From: a candidate division WWE3 bacterium UBA1397
GTDB lineage: Bacteria; Patescibacteriota; WWE3; UBA101185; UBA10185
DNA: 57,991 nt
Direction: 5' to 3'
Assembly (NCBI GenBank): GCA_002305205.1
Contig: DBQJ01000021.1
Coordinates: forward strand, 6,448 to 64,438
In this document: one piece after another, positions 33,984 to 43,192 of the stretch
Layout: each line of letters begins with the position of its first letter
How positions within the stretch are numbered: the stretch's first letter is position 1
The notes under the pieces: model-generated
Database searches by the model: none
The model's input: the letters and a program-made list of their open reading frames with translations, nothing else
Told to the model about the DNA's origin: nothing
Position numbers and translations under genes: made by a program

Positions 33984-34850
33984 TTACTCCGTTTTATTTT
34001 CTATACCTATACTCTTTTTTAATACGTAAACGGAGATTAATAAATTCAAAAATAATACTAAGAGCATAAAATAACCTATATTTATACCACTAAGAACATA
34101 CAAAACATAAAGTATTAAGGGTATGGTAGAAGTGTGTGCTGTAATCTGAAAAGACTCTTTATAACTGATCTTATTCTTCACTATAGTAGCTATAAATAAA
34201 AACAATAAGGATACAGCCGGGAAATAAAATAAACAGTATATGGATATTAGTATGAAGGAAATGATTAAAGCAACAGGTACTATAGCAATAAGAAATACAG
34301 TTACATAAATTTTGGCATTATCTATGTATTTACTAATCCCTTCTTTATTTATCTCGCTGTCAGGCATATTTTCTACAGGATATGCTCTTATACCCTCTGT
34401 ATCCCTATATATAACATTTACATCGTTGACTAATACTAATGTTTTCATATTTTCTAAATCTTCTATCACACCGTTTCTATAGAAAACAACCGAATTTTTT
34501 ATCTCAGTATTTATACCTTCTTTACTTTCATAACGTTTCATTTCCTCAGGAATAGGTATATAGAAAGGGTCGGGTTTGTTTAATTCCCATTTCCCATCCT
34601 TTATCTTAAGAACAAAATCATCGGGTACTGATTTACTTACATTCAATAAAACTTTATCCAAAGTTTTTTTTAGATTAGGTATGGTAAAACCCAATCTGAT
34701 GGAAAAGATAAGAGAAATGAAGAAAATTAAAAACAGCAGATATTTAATAGAAAATCCTACATTTGTTCTAATCAAATCTCTGTAATAAATTGGACTAGTA
34801 CAGCTTTTCTTGAATACATAAATAAAAGCCTTTATCTTTCTCATAGGCAA
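33984..34850 (-). CDS. polytopic membrane protein (DUF1189-like by memory)
   Basis: 288 aa. The N-terminal FKKSCTSPIYYRDL...FSIKYLLFLIFFISLIF pattern and C-terminal TM cluster fit. Host-like composition. Confidence 0.45.
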   Translation of the reverse strand: MPMRKIKAFIYVFKKSCTSPIYYRDLIRTNVGFSIKYLLFLIFFISLIFSIRLGFTIPNLKKTLDKVLLNVSKSVPDDFVLKIKDGKWELNKPDPFYIPIPEEMKRYESKEGINTEIKNSVVFYRNGVIEDLENMKTLVLVNDVNVIYRDTEGIRAYPVENMPDSEINKEGISKYIDNAKIYVTVFLIAIVPVALIISFILISIYCLFYFPAVSLLFLFIATIVKNKISYKESFQITAHTSTIPLILYVLYVLSGINIGYFMLLVLFLNLLISVYVLKKSIGIENKTE

Positions 34851-34901
34851 ATTATATCAGAGTTTGCTTTCTTTTATAATATAGACTACTATCTATATGT
34901 T

Positions 34902-35207
34902 ATGAATAAAAATAATAAAAAACAAAGTGAAAATACATCCTCATACTGCACTAAATGCTTCGGGTCTCTAGGTGTAGCATCCAGGATGAAGATATACCTT
35001 TTTATAAAAAAATCAGGAAAATCGGATGTAAATCGTATAGTAAAACATATAAACCTTAGACAACCTACTGTATCTTACCACCTTAAAGATATGAAAATAC
35101 TCGGTCTTTTGAACAGTGTGAGAAAAGGGAAAAGGATATATTACTCAATTAATAAGAATTGTCCTATCAATCACTCACATTGTGTATTAGGGGATTTAAA
35201 TATTTAA
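34902..35207 (+). CDS. ArsR-type winged-helix regulator preceding the suf operon
   Basis: VNRIVKHINLRQPTVSYHLKDMKILGLL HTH, N-terminal CTKC and C-terminal C..NHSHC Cys/His clusters. Its stop is 2 nt before sufC. Confidence 0.65.
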   Translation: MNKNNKKQSENTSSYCTKCFGSLGVASRMKIYLFIKKSGKSDVNRIVKHINLRQPTVSYHLKDMKILGLLNSVRKGKRIYYSINKNCPINHSHCVLGDLNI

Positions 35208-35208
35208 T

Positions 35209-35919
35209 ATGCTTAAAGTAAAAGAACTATCAGTAGAAATAGAAAATAATCTAATATTAAATAACATTAATCTTGAGATACCTGACGGAGAAATACATGT
35301 TCTTATGGGCAAGAACGGTTCCGGTAAAAGCACATTAGCTCAAACGATAATGGGAAATCCCATGTGTAAGATATCCTCAGGAGAAATATATTTCAAAGGT
35401 AAAAATATATCTGATCTAAATACTGAGAATAGGGCAAAGCAAGGGATATTTTTATCATTCCAAAACCCCATAGAAATACCGGGGGTAAATATATTTGGAT
35501 ATCTCCGTACTATTTATAATCAAACACATGAGAATAAACTATCTCCCGTAAAATTTAGAGAACATACTAAAAAATATCTGGAAATGCTTGATTTAAAAGA
35601 TGATATATACAATCGTTTCCTAAATGAAGGTTTTTCCGGAGGAGAGAAGAAAAAACTGGAACTTCTTCAATGTTTAGTATTAGAACCCAGACTAATCATC
35701 CTAGATGAAATTGACAGCGGTTTGGATGTGGAGGCATTAAAAATAATCGGGGAGGTATTGAATAGAATAGAAAATACTACAATATTAATAATTACCCATT
35801 ATGCCAGAATATTGAAATATTTATCCCCTTCCCGAGTGCATATTATGAGCGAAGGGACAATAATAAAGAGCGGAGACATCAATCTAATTGATCAGATAGA
35901 GGAAAAAGGATTTAAATAA
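35209..35919 (+). CDS. sufC: Fe-S cluster assembly ATPase SufC
   Basis: Walker [13 protein letters not shown] signature FSGGEKKK, Walker [13 protein letters not shown]. Confidence 0.9.
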   Translation: MLKVKELSVEIENNLILNNINLEIPDGEIHVLMGKNGSGKSTLAQTIMGNPMCKISSGEIYFKGKNISDLNTENRAKQGIFLSFQNPIEIPGVNIFGYLRTIYNQTHENKLSPVKFREHTKKYLEMLDLKDDIYNRFLNEGFSGGEKKKLELLQCLVLEPRLIILDEIDSGLDVEALKIIGEVLNRIENTTILIITHYARILKYLSPSRVHIMSEGTIIKSGDINLIDQIEEKGFK

Positions 35920-37256
35920 TGCCGGGGGAAGCAAGAAGGGGATTAAGCAGACAAGTAGTAGAAGAGATATCGTCATTGAAAAATGAACCAAAGTGGATGA
36001 GAGATTATAGACTGAAATCATTTGCATATTTTACAGAGAAAGAAATTCCAGATTGGGGTCCTGATTTATCTAAAGTAGATTTTAACGATATCTGTTATTA
36101 TCTAAAACCACTGGATAAAGAGAAAAGAGATTGGAACGAAGTACCGGAGAAGATAAAAAAAACATTTGAAGTATTAGGCATTCCACAGGCTGAAAGAGAT
36201 TATCTGGCAGGTGTAAAAGCCCAGTATGATTCTGAAGTTGCATATTCCTCACTGCAAAAGGAAGCTGAGGAAGAGGGTGTAATTTTTTTATCAATGGATC
36301 AGGCATTAAAAAAATACCCCTCTTTAGTACAGGAGCATTTTGGAAAATTAATTCCTTTCTCAGATAATAAATTCTCTGCTTTAAATAGTGCTGTTTGGTC
36401 CGGAGGTTCTTTTGTATATATTCCCAAGGGAGTAAAAGTAAAAAGACCATTGCAGGCATACTTCCGTCTTAATGCCAGGAATATGGGTCAGTTTGAAAGG
36501 ACATTGATAATTGCCGATGAGAATTCCTTTGCTCATTACATAGAAGGATGTACAGCCCCCGTTTACTCTGCTGATTCCCTGCATGCTGCAGTAGTAGAAG
36601 TTTATGTAAAGAAAAATGCCCGTTTAAGATACACAACAATACAGAATTGGTCAGGTGATGTTTATAACTTAGTGACTAAGAGAGCCGGAGTGGAAGAAAA
36701 TGGTGTAATGGAATGGGTTGATGGAAATTTAGGTTCAAGAGTAACAATGAAATACCCCTCGTGTTATTTAATAGGAAAAGGCGCAAGAGGCGAAATGCTT
36801 TCTTTGTCCTATGCAGGAGAAAATCAGAATCAAGATGCCGGAGCAAAGATGGTTCATTTAGCACCAAATACCTCATCAATAATAGTATCCAAATCAGTAT
36901 CTCAAAAAGGAGGTGTATCCAGCTATAGAGGTTTAGTTGAGATGTCCCCAATAGCATACAATTCCAAATCTCATGTTGAGTGCGATGCACTTATTCTTGA
37001 TTCAAAGTCCTTTTCTAATACTTATCCTGTAATGAGAAATAATAACAATACATCTTATATAGAACACGAAGCTTCCGTAAGCAAAGTATCGGATGAAAAA
37101 ATATTTTATTTAATGAGCAGGGGTTTGAGTAAATCCGAAGCTATGGGACTTATTGTTTCGGGATTTATTGAACCCATTATAAAAGATCTTTCCATGGAAT
37201 ATGCAGTAGAACTAAATAATCTAATTAATATGGAAATGGAAGGAAGTGTAGGATGA
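35919..37256 (+). CDS. sufB: Fe-S cluster assembly scaffold SufB
   Basis: [37 protein letters not shown], and C-terminal FYLMSRGL...A..LIV.GF are typical of SufB. Confidence 0.9.
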   Translation: MPGEARRGLSRQVVEEISSLKNEPKWMRDYRLKSFAYFTEKEIPDWGPDLSKVDFNDICYYLKPLDKEKRDWNEVPEKIKKTFEVLGIPQAERDYLAGVKAQYDSEVAYSSLQKEAEEEGVIFLSMDQALKKYPSLVQEHFGKLIPFSDNKFSALNSAVWSGGSFVYIPKGVKVKRPLQAYFRLNARNMGQFERTLIIADENSFAHYIEGCTAPVYSADSLHAAVVEVYVKKNARLRYTTIQNWSGDVYNLVTKRAGVEENGVMEWVDGNLGSRVTMKYPSCYLIGKGARGEMLSLSYAGENQNQDAGAKMVHLAPNTSSIIVSKSVSQKGGVSSYRGLVEMSPIAYNSKSHVECDALILDSKSFSNTYPVMRNNNNTSYIEHEASVSKVSDEKIFYLMSRGLSKSEAMGLIVSGFIEPIIKDLSMEYAVELNNLINMEMEGSVG

Positions 37257-37879
37257 AAATAGAAACTATTAATATAAATAATAATATAAATACATACAAA
37301 GCGACTGAAGACACCCAATATATATTACAAATGGATACAAGTAATAATAAATATAAATCAATTAATGAAATATCTATAGATTTTATACTGGCAAAAGAAG
37401 ATGTAAATCTACAAATAATTGGGCCTATGATTATTCGAGAAGAGCAGAATATAAAAATAAGTATTCAGGTAAAACATATGGTTCCCAATACATCATGTGA
37501 AGTTTTAATTAAGTCAGTAATATTTCCTCACTCTTCATTGGATTTTCTGGGAAGAATATATATAGACAATCATTCTAGAAATACAACTGCTTCCCTCAAA
37601 GATAACTCTCTTTTGATAGGCGAAGGAGCTAGGAAATACTCCAGACCTGTATTGGAAATACATAACAATGAGGTAAAAGCATCCCACGGCTCTGCATCAG
37701 GAAATATTGATCCTCTTTCTTTATATTATTTACAAAGCAGGGGATTAAACAAGTCTCAGTCGGAGAATATTCTAATAGAAGGTTTTCTTGATGATTTGAT
37801 AAATAGAATAAACGATAGAGGTATTAGAGATAAGTTAATAAAAGAGTTAAAATTCAAGGAGAAAGAACCAATTATATGA
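37253..37879 (+). CDS. sufD: short SufD-family protein
   Basis: 208 aa. C-terminal [23 protein letters not shown]...LIEGF matches the SufB/D core. Overlapping start/stop with its neighbours. Confidence 0.75.
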   Translation: MKIETININNNINTYKATEDTQYILQMDTSNNKYKSINEISIDFILAKEDVNLQIIGPMIIREEQNIKISIQVKHMVPNTSCEVLIKSVIFPHSSLDFLGRIYIDNHSRNTTASLKDNSLLIGEGARKYSRPVLEIHNNEVKASHGSASGNIDPLSLYYLQSRGLNKSQSENILIEGFLDDLINRINDRGIRDKLIKELKFKEKEPII

Positions 37880-39090
37880 AAGATGTTAGAAAAGACTTTC
37901 CAATACTAAATAGAACGGTTAACGGTAGCCCTTTGATTTATCTAGATAATGCAGCTACATCTCAGAAACCTAAAGAAGTAGTAGATAAGATAGTAGAATA
38001 TTATTATAAATATAATTCTAATGTACATAGAGGAATACATACATTGAGTGAAGAATCAACAGAGATGTATGAAGGAGCAAGAAAATTGATTTCTGATTTT
38101 ATAGGGGCTGATAACCCAAGAGAAATATTATTTACCAAGGGTACAACAGAATCCCTCAATAGAATAGCTGAAAGATGGGTTCCGGCAAATTTAAAAAGGG
38201 GAGATGTAATATTGTTAAGTGATCTTGAACATCACAGTAATATAATTCCATGGCAGAAGGCTGCGGAAAGGATAGGAGCAGAAATTAATTATATTAATAC
38301 TGATGATAATGGAGAAATAACCATAGAAGAAGTAAAGAAGATGATAAGTGACAAGGTTAAGTTGATATCCATTTCCCATGCATCAAATGTATTAGGGACA
38401 ATAGTTCCAATAAAAGAAATATGCAAATTAGCACATGATAAGGGTATATATGTTTGTGTAGACGGCGCACAGGCAGCCCCCCATCTTAAAATTAATGTTC
38501 AGTCCCTGGGTTGTGATTTCTATGCGTTTTCTTCACATAAAATGCTTGGTCCTATGGGAGTGGGAGTCCTATGGGCTAAAGAAAAAATATTAAAGGAATT
38601 AGAGCCCTATGAATATGGAGGGGGTATGATAGATGAAGTATCTTTTAAAAATGCTGCTTGGGCGGAAATTCCAATTAGATTTGAAGCCGGCACACCTAAT
38701 GTATCCGGAGCAGTAGGTTTAGGAGCCGCAGTAACTTATTTATCCAATATTGGTATGGATAATATCAGAAATCATGAAATAGAGTTAAGCAAATATCTAC
38801 TGGAAGGGCTGAAAGAAATTAAAGGCATAAATATAATTGGTCCCAGAGAAGCTGATAAAAGAACCGGATTAATATCGTTCTATTTTTTAAATATACACTC
38901 TCATGATATTGCTTCGGTGTTAAATACATTGGGTATAGCTGTAAGATCGGGTTACCACTGTGCTATGCCTTTACACAATAAATTAAACATACCTTCAACT
39001 GTTAGAGTTAGTTATTACCTTTATAATACAAAGGAAGAGCTGAATACTTTACTCAATGGTATAAAGAAAGCACTAGATATTTTATCTTAA
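37876..39090 (+). CDS. sufS: cysteine desulfurase SufS
   Basis: LDNAATSQKP, HHSNIIPWQ, and SSHKMLGPMGVGVLW (PLP Lys). The catalytic Cys loop SGYHCAMP is present. Confidence 0.9.
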   Translation: MKDVRKDFPILNRTVNGSPLIYLDNAATSQKPKEVVDKIVEYYYKYNSNVHRGIHTLSEESTEMYEGARKLISDFIGADNPREILFTKGTTESLNRIAERWVPANLKRGDVILLSDLEHHSNIIPWQKAAERIGAEINYINTDDNGEITIEEVKKMISDKVKLISISHASNVLGTIVPIKEICKLAHDKGIYVCVDGAQAAPHLKINVQSLGCDFYAFSSHKMLGPMGVGVLWAKEKILKELEPYEYGGGMIDEVSFKNAAWAEIPIRFEAGTPNVSGAVGLGAAVTYLSNIGMDNIRNHEIELSKYLLEGLKEIKGINIIGPREADKRTGLISFYFLNIHSHDIASVLNTLGIAVRSGYHCAMPLHNKLNIPSTVRVSYYLYNTKEELNTLLNGIKKALDILS

Positions 39091-39094
39091 AATT

Positions 39095-39460
39095 ATGCAT
39101 GATATAAAAAGAGATGAGATTATGGATTTGTATAAGAACCCTCATAACAAAGGTTATATGAGCAAGCCCACAGTCTCAGTATCCAAGAAAAATCCTATGT
39201 GTGGAGATGAGGTCAATCTACAGTTGAAGATTGATAATGGAATAATTACTGATGCTAAGTTTGATGGAAATGCCTGTTCCGTAAGTATAATTTCATCCTC
39301 TGTTCTTACGGATTATATAATTGGTAAATCTATAAATGAAGTTAAAAAGATAAAGAAGAACGATTTGTTAAAATTAATAGACATGAATTTATCTACCAGT
39401 AGAATATCGTGTGCCTCAGTAGTATTTTCTGCATTACAAAATGCATTGGAGGATTTATGA
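39095..39460 (+). CDS. sufU: SufU/IscU-type sulfur-transfer scaffold
   Basis: YKNPHNKG...NPMCGDE...GNACSVSIISSS...ISCASV matches the SufU Cys ligand pattern. Confidence 0.8.
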   Translation: MHDIKRDEIMDLYKNPHNKGYMSKPTVSVSKKNPMCGDEVNLQLKIDNGIITDAKFDGNACSVSIISSSVLTDYIIGKSINEVKKIKKNDLLKLIDMNLSTSRISCASVVFSALQNALEDL

Positions 39461-39669
39461 ATATAGATAAGAATACAAACTTAGGAGAATTGATTAAGGA
39501 ACACCCCGAGACAGTAGAAATATTTATGGATTATGGTATGCATTGTGTGGGATGTGTTGCCAGTGCTTACGATACAATAGAACAGGGAGCAAAAGTACAT
39601 GGGTTAAGCGATGAAGATATTGAGGAAATGGTTCAGAGACTAAAAGAAGTAATTAGATATAAAGAGTAA
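39457..39669 (+). CDS. DUF1858 / hybrid-cluster-associated redox disulfide domain protein
   Basis: LGELIKEHPETVEIFMDYGMHCVGCVASAYDTIEQGAKVHG. ATGA overlap with sufU. Confidence 0.65.
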   Translation: MNIDKNTNLGELIKEHPETVEIFMDYGMHCVGCVASAYDTIEQGAKVHGLSDEDIEEMVQRLKEVIRYKE

Positions 39670-39687
39670 TTATTTTAGGAGGATATT

Positions 39688-39924
39688 ATGGATGAGAATA
39701 AAAGAAAAATAGTTAGGGTCGAAATAGATTCCAAAGCATGTATTTCATGCGGTACTTGTACTGTATTAGCTCCAAAGGCATTTGAAATAGATGATCAGGG
39801 TCATTCCATAGTTAAAGATTCATGGAAAGAATTAAGTGATGAGGAAATAATAAAAGCAGCAAAAGCATGTCCTTCAGAAGCAATAATGTTATTTGATGAA
39901 GAAGGGAAAAGAATGGAATTATGA
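39688..39924 (+). CDS. small ferredoxin (single [4Fe-4S]/[3Fe-4S] type)
   Basis: CISCGTC..LAPKAF.ID...ACPSEAI. Confidence 0.75.
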   Translation: MDENKRKIVRVEIDSKACISCGTCTVLAPKAFEIDDQGHSIVKDSWKELSDEEIIKAAKACPSEAIMLFDEEGKRMEL

Positions 39925-40265
39925 ATTATCAAATAACTTCAGACAATATGGAACTAACACCAAGTATGGAAGTATTGACCAAACAAAAATTTGAAAGATT
40001 AGAGAATAAAGTTAAAGAATATCCGGAAGATACTAAGTATGCCAGGGTAGTTATAAACACCGTACCTGATAATAAATTTTTAGTTAGGGCAAAGTTTAAA
40101 GTTGGGGGAAAAGAATACTTTTCAGACGAAACAGATTATTCGGTTGAGGGAGCTTTAATAAAGACGGTAGAGGAAATATTTCAAATGATGGAAAAAGAGA
40201 AAAGCAAGGAAAAAAGAACAAAAGTAGATATTATAGATTCTGTGATTGAAGAAATGTCCCAATAG
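39921..40265 (+). CDS. hpf: ribosome hibernation promoting factor (short HPF/RaiA family)
   Basis: MNYQITSDNMELTPSMEVLTKQKFERLE... and the S30AE-family pattern. Confidence 0.8.
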   Translation: MNYQITSDNMELTPSMEVLTKQKFERLENKVKEYPEDTKYARVVINTVPDNKFLVRAKFKVGGKEYFSDETDYSVEGALIKTVEEIFQMMEKEKSKEKRTKVDIIDSVIEEMSQ

Positions 40266-40308
40266 CAGTAAAATTCATAAACTTAGACAGGAAGGTGTGC
40301 ATAAACTA

Positions 40309-40384
40309 GGGTGATTAGCTCAATTGGTAGAGCAAGCGTCTTATACACGCTCGGTTCCTGGTTCGAGTCCAGGATCACCCACCA
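40309..40384 (+). tRNA. tRNA-Ile with genomically encoded UAU anticodon, CCA encoded
   Basis: Hand fold: GGGUGAU/AUCACCC acceptor, GCUC-AAUUGGUA-GAGC, anticodon arm AGCGU-CUUAUAC-ACGCU (anticodon UAU), T arm CCUGG-UUCGAGU-CCAGG, discriminator A. Confidence 0.85.
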
Positions 40385-40387
40385 TAT

Positions 40388-41263
40388 TTACAAAACAGAT
40401 AATTCCAGTTTATTTGATTCCTCAGGTTTATTAATATATTGGAGATATTTCTCTGTAGTAGTTATTCTTTTATGGCCTGCTATTTTTGATAAGAAAGAAA
40501 CATTAACTCCGTTTTTTAAATGATGGGCTATAAAAGTATGTCTGAGATCATTGACCTTGGCATTCTCCACCCCTGCTATTTTAAAATATCTATCTATTGT
40601 TGATCTGATATTTCTAACTAATAAAGGTTTACCGCTTTTAGTAATAAATACATACTTTGAATTTTCCACTGAAGGCCTTTCGTTTGTTAAATACTTATTC
40701 AAAGTATCGGCAGCAATCTTATTAACCGGAATATTTCTGGCTTCTTTATTGTTTTTCTTAGGTACAAATAATGTGCCTTCCTCTTCCTTCAAATTTAAAT
40801 GTTCTAATTCTATTTCGGATAATTCAGATATAGATACTCCAAGTTGTAATAATACTTCAAGCATGGTGTAAGTTCTTGTATCAGTTCTTGCGACATCCCT
40901 TAATGCCCCGTACTCCATTTTGGATAATATTCTGGGTGCTTTTAAATCTACCTTAGGATGTTTTAATTCCATGGATATATCTGTTTTCATATATCCTTTG
41001 GAATGAAGAAATCTAACATATGTTCTGGCAGCATTTGTTTTTCTTGATATAGATTTCGGAGTGTAGTTTTGAGCAGATAAGGAATTCATGAATTCCTGTA
41101 TATGAGATGACTGTATGTCATCGGTTAAAGATATGTTCTTATCGGCTAAATACTTGTTTAGCTGTTCTATATCTTTTTTATAGGCCACAAGGGTAGCTTC
41201 CGATTTTCCTTCGGATTTTAACTGTTCAATGAAGTTTTTATGAGCTATTTCAAGTTTTATCAT
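40388..41263 (-). CDS. XerC/XerD-like tyrosine recombinase
   Basis: N-terminal SAM-like core-binding domain. C-terminal ARNIP...LRHTFIAHHL...GHKRITTTEKYL (R..H-R-H..Y catalytic set). Start trimmed to MIKLEIAH. Confidence 0.8.
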   Translation of the reverse strand: MIKLEIAHKNFIEQLKSEGKSEATLVAYKKDIEQLNKYLADKNISLTDDIQSSHIQEFMNSLSAQNYTPKSISRKTNAARTYVRFLHSKGYMKTDISMELKHPKVDLKAPRILSKMEYGALRDVARTDTRTYTMLEVLLQLGVSISELSEIELEHLNLKEEEGTLFVPKKNNKEARNIPVNKIAADTLNKYLTNERPSVENSKYVFITKSGKPLLVRNIRSTIDRYFKIAGVENAKVNDLRHTFIAHHLKNGVNVSFLSKIAGHKRITTTEKYLQYINKPEESNKLELSVL

Positions 41264-41371
41264 TTTAATTATTTGTCGTGGGGGCAGTAAATAAGCCAAG
41301 GCAATAAACTCTATGGGGTATATTACCATTGGTGTTTTGAAGTGTCAATTATTCGTCTATAATCAATAATA

Positions 41372-41764
41372 ATGTCATTGGTTAAACGTATTAAATATGT
41401 ATCCGTTATTGTATTATTGGCAGTTATCTGTATCGGTATTGTTAAATCAACTCTTGGTGTTTTTGGCGGAAGACAGCGTTTTAAGGAGCTTGAAGACGAA
41501 GTGTTATCCCTTAAGAGTGAGAAGATTCAACTTGAAGAAAGTATTAAATATAAAGAAACAAGTGAATTTATTGAAGAGAAAGCAAGAAACGAGTTAAATA
41601 TGATAAAGCCGGGAGAAAAGGTTTATGTGATTTCTTCTCCGGACAGCCTTATAAGAGTAAATAAATCAGTATTATCTGAAAAAAACGATCGTTCTTATCT
41701 CAATAACAGCAGAAAAGATGATAATGACCCTAATTGGTACATGTGGTACAAGCTGTTTTTTTGA
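41372..41764 (+). CDS. septum formation initiator (FtsB/DivIC family)
   Basis: N-terminal TM, a coiled coil, and FIEEKARNELNMIKPGEKVYVI. Confidence 0.7.
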   Translation: MSLVKRIKYVSVIVLLAVICIGIVKSTLGVFGGRQRFKELEDEVLSLKSEKIQLEESIKYKETSEFIEEKARNELNMIKPGEKVYVISSPDSLIRVNKSVLSEKNDRSYLNNSRKDDNDPNWYMWYKLFF

Positions 41765-41815
41765 CACCCTCCCCCTTATTTGTTAGAGTATCTACGCTGA
41801 CAAATGTTCATTTGA

Positions 41816-41889
41816 CGCGGGGTGGAGGAACGGCACCTCACCGGGCTCATAATCCGGGGGTCCTGGTTCGAATCCAGGCCCCGCAACCA
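41816..41889 (+). tRNA. initiator tRNA-fMet (CAU)
   Basis: CGCGGGG...CCCCGCAACCA with the C1:A72 mismatch, anticodon loop CUCAUAA on a G/C-rich stem, and T arm CCUGG-UUCGAAU-CCAGG. Confidence 0.85.
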
Positions 41890-41955
41890 AATATAGTAAT
41901 AAAATATTCCTTTAAAAAAAATTAAATCATAAGGTATAATGCTTGTACTTGCTAA

Positions 41956-42031
41956 GCCAACGTAGCTCAGGGGTTAGAGCGGGCGTTTCATAAGCGCTAG
42001 GTCGGTGGTCCGAGTCCACCCGTTGGCACCA
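41956..42031 (+). tRNA. tRNA with CAU anticodon (elongator Met, or Ile2 if lysidinylated)
   Basis: GCCAACG/CGUUGGC acceptor, anticodon loop UUCAUAA, T arm GGUGG-UCCGAGU-CCACC, A73, CCA. Confidence 0.8.
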
Positions 42032-42082
42032 TTACCTATTTTCCCCGTCATTTTTTAGCGGGCTTGTGATAATATTCATTAT

Positions 42083-43105
42083 ATGCATTTAGATAACACC
42101 CAAAGCAGGAAAAGAATATTAACCGGAGATAATGCGAGTGGAAAATTACACCTCGGACATTATGTAGGTTCATTGGAAAATAGAGTAAAACTACAAAATG
42201 AATATGATACGTTTATTGTAATTGCAGATATGCATACTTTTGCTTACCCCAAATATTTTAGCGATCCCTCCACGATATCCGATTCAGTCTACCAGGTAGC
42301 CATAGATAATTTAGCAGTAGGTTTAGATCCTAAAATATCAAATATATTTGTTGAATCTTCAATACCTGAGATATATGAATTAGCTCTGATATTTTCTATG
42401 CTAATCTCATACAACAGAAACTTGAGAAACCCAACCATAAAAGATGAGATAAGAGATAAAGAAATGGGAGATAATTATTCTTTGGGGTTTATTAATTTCC
42501 CTGTAATGCAGGTTGCTGATATTCTGTGTGTAAAAGCAGACGCCGTACCCGTTGGAGAAGACCAACTCCCCCACTTGGAATTAACAAACGAGGTAGTAAA
42601 AAGATTTAATAGTACATATGGAAATGTGTTTAAGGATGTTAATCCAATAATCGGCAGAGTAAAAAGGTTAGTAGGAACAGACGGTAGTTTTAAAATGACA
42701 AAAACCCTAGGAAATACCATTTATTTAGGTGAAACAAGAGAATCTTTAAAAGAAAAAATAATGAAAATGTATACAGATCCTAATAGAATACACCCAACCG
42801 ATCCGGGACAGGTTGAAGGTAATCCTGTTTTTATATATCACGATGCATTTAATCCGAATAAGGATGAAGTGCAGGATTTAAAAGATAGATATACAAAAGG
42901 TAAGGTAGGAGACATTGAGGTTAAAGATAAACTATTTAATGCCCTTGATTCCTTTTTGTTACCGATTAGAGAAAGAAGAAGATACTATGAAGATAACGTT
43001 AAGTTAGTTAAGGAGATATTAGCGGAGGGTACACAAAAAGTCAGACAAGAAGCCAGAAATACTTTGGATGAGGTACGAGATAAGATGATGCTCCATCGTT
43101 TTTAG
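42083..43105 (+). CDS. trpS: tryptophanyl-tRNA synthetase
   Basis: TGDNASGKLHLGHY (HIGH), GEDQLPHLELTNEVVKRFN, KMTKT (KMSKS). About 340 aa, class Ic size. Confidence 0.85.
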   Translation: MHLDNTQSRKRILTGDNASGKLHLGHYVGSLENRVKLQNEYDTFIVIADMHTFAYPKYFSDPSTISDSVYQVAIDNLAVGLDPKISNIFVESSIPEIYELALIFSMLISYNRNLRNPTIKDEIRDKEMGDNYSLGFINFPVMQVADILCVKADAVPVGEDQLPHLELTNEVVKRFNSTYGNVFKDVNPIIGRVKRLVGTDGSFKMTKTLGNTIYLGETRESLKEKIMKMYTDPNRIHPTDPGQVEGNPVFIYHDAFNPNKDEVQDLKDRYTKGKVGDIEVKDKLFNALDSFLLPIRERRRYYEDNVKLVKEILAEGTQKVRQEARNTLDEVRDKMMLHRF

Positions 43106-43192
43106 AATATAATACTCAGGCGTATGAATAATAAATCGTTTGGAAAAATGGTATAAATTATCAATTTTATACACAAAGAAGGAATAGTGAAA

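Noticed and set aside
36082-36990. Three minus-strand ORFs inside sufB, and similar antisense ORFs inside ftsH, leuS, the recombinases and the GT genes.
   Set aside because: They overlap confidently identified genes on the opposite strand and lack motifs. They are typical of AT-rich sequence with few stop codons in some antisense frames.
40388-41263. A tyrosine recombinase abutting tRNA-Ile as the marker of a second genomic island.
   Set aside because: The genes to its right are core housekeeping (divIC, tRNA-fMet, tRNA-Met, trpS, ftsH) with host-like composition. I found no repeat of the tRNA-Ile 3' end downstream. It is more likely the chromosomal Xer-type recombinase, or a relic.
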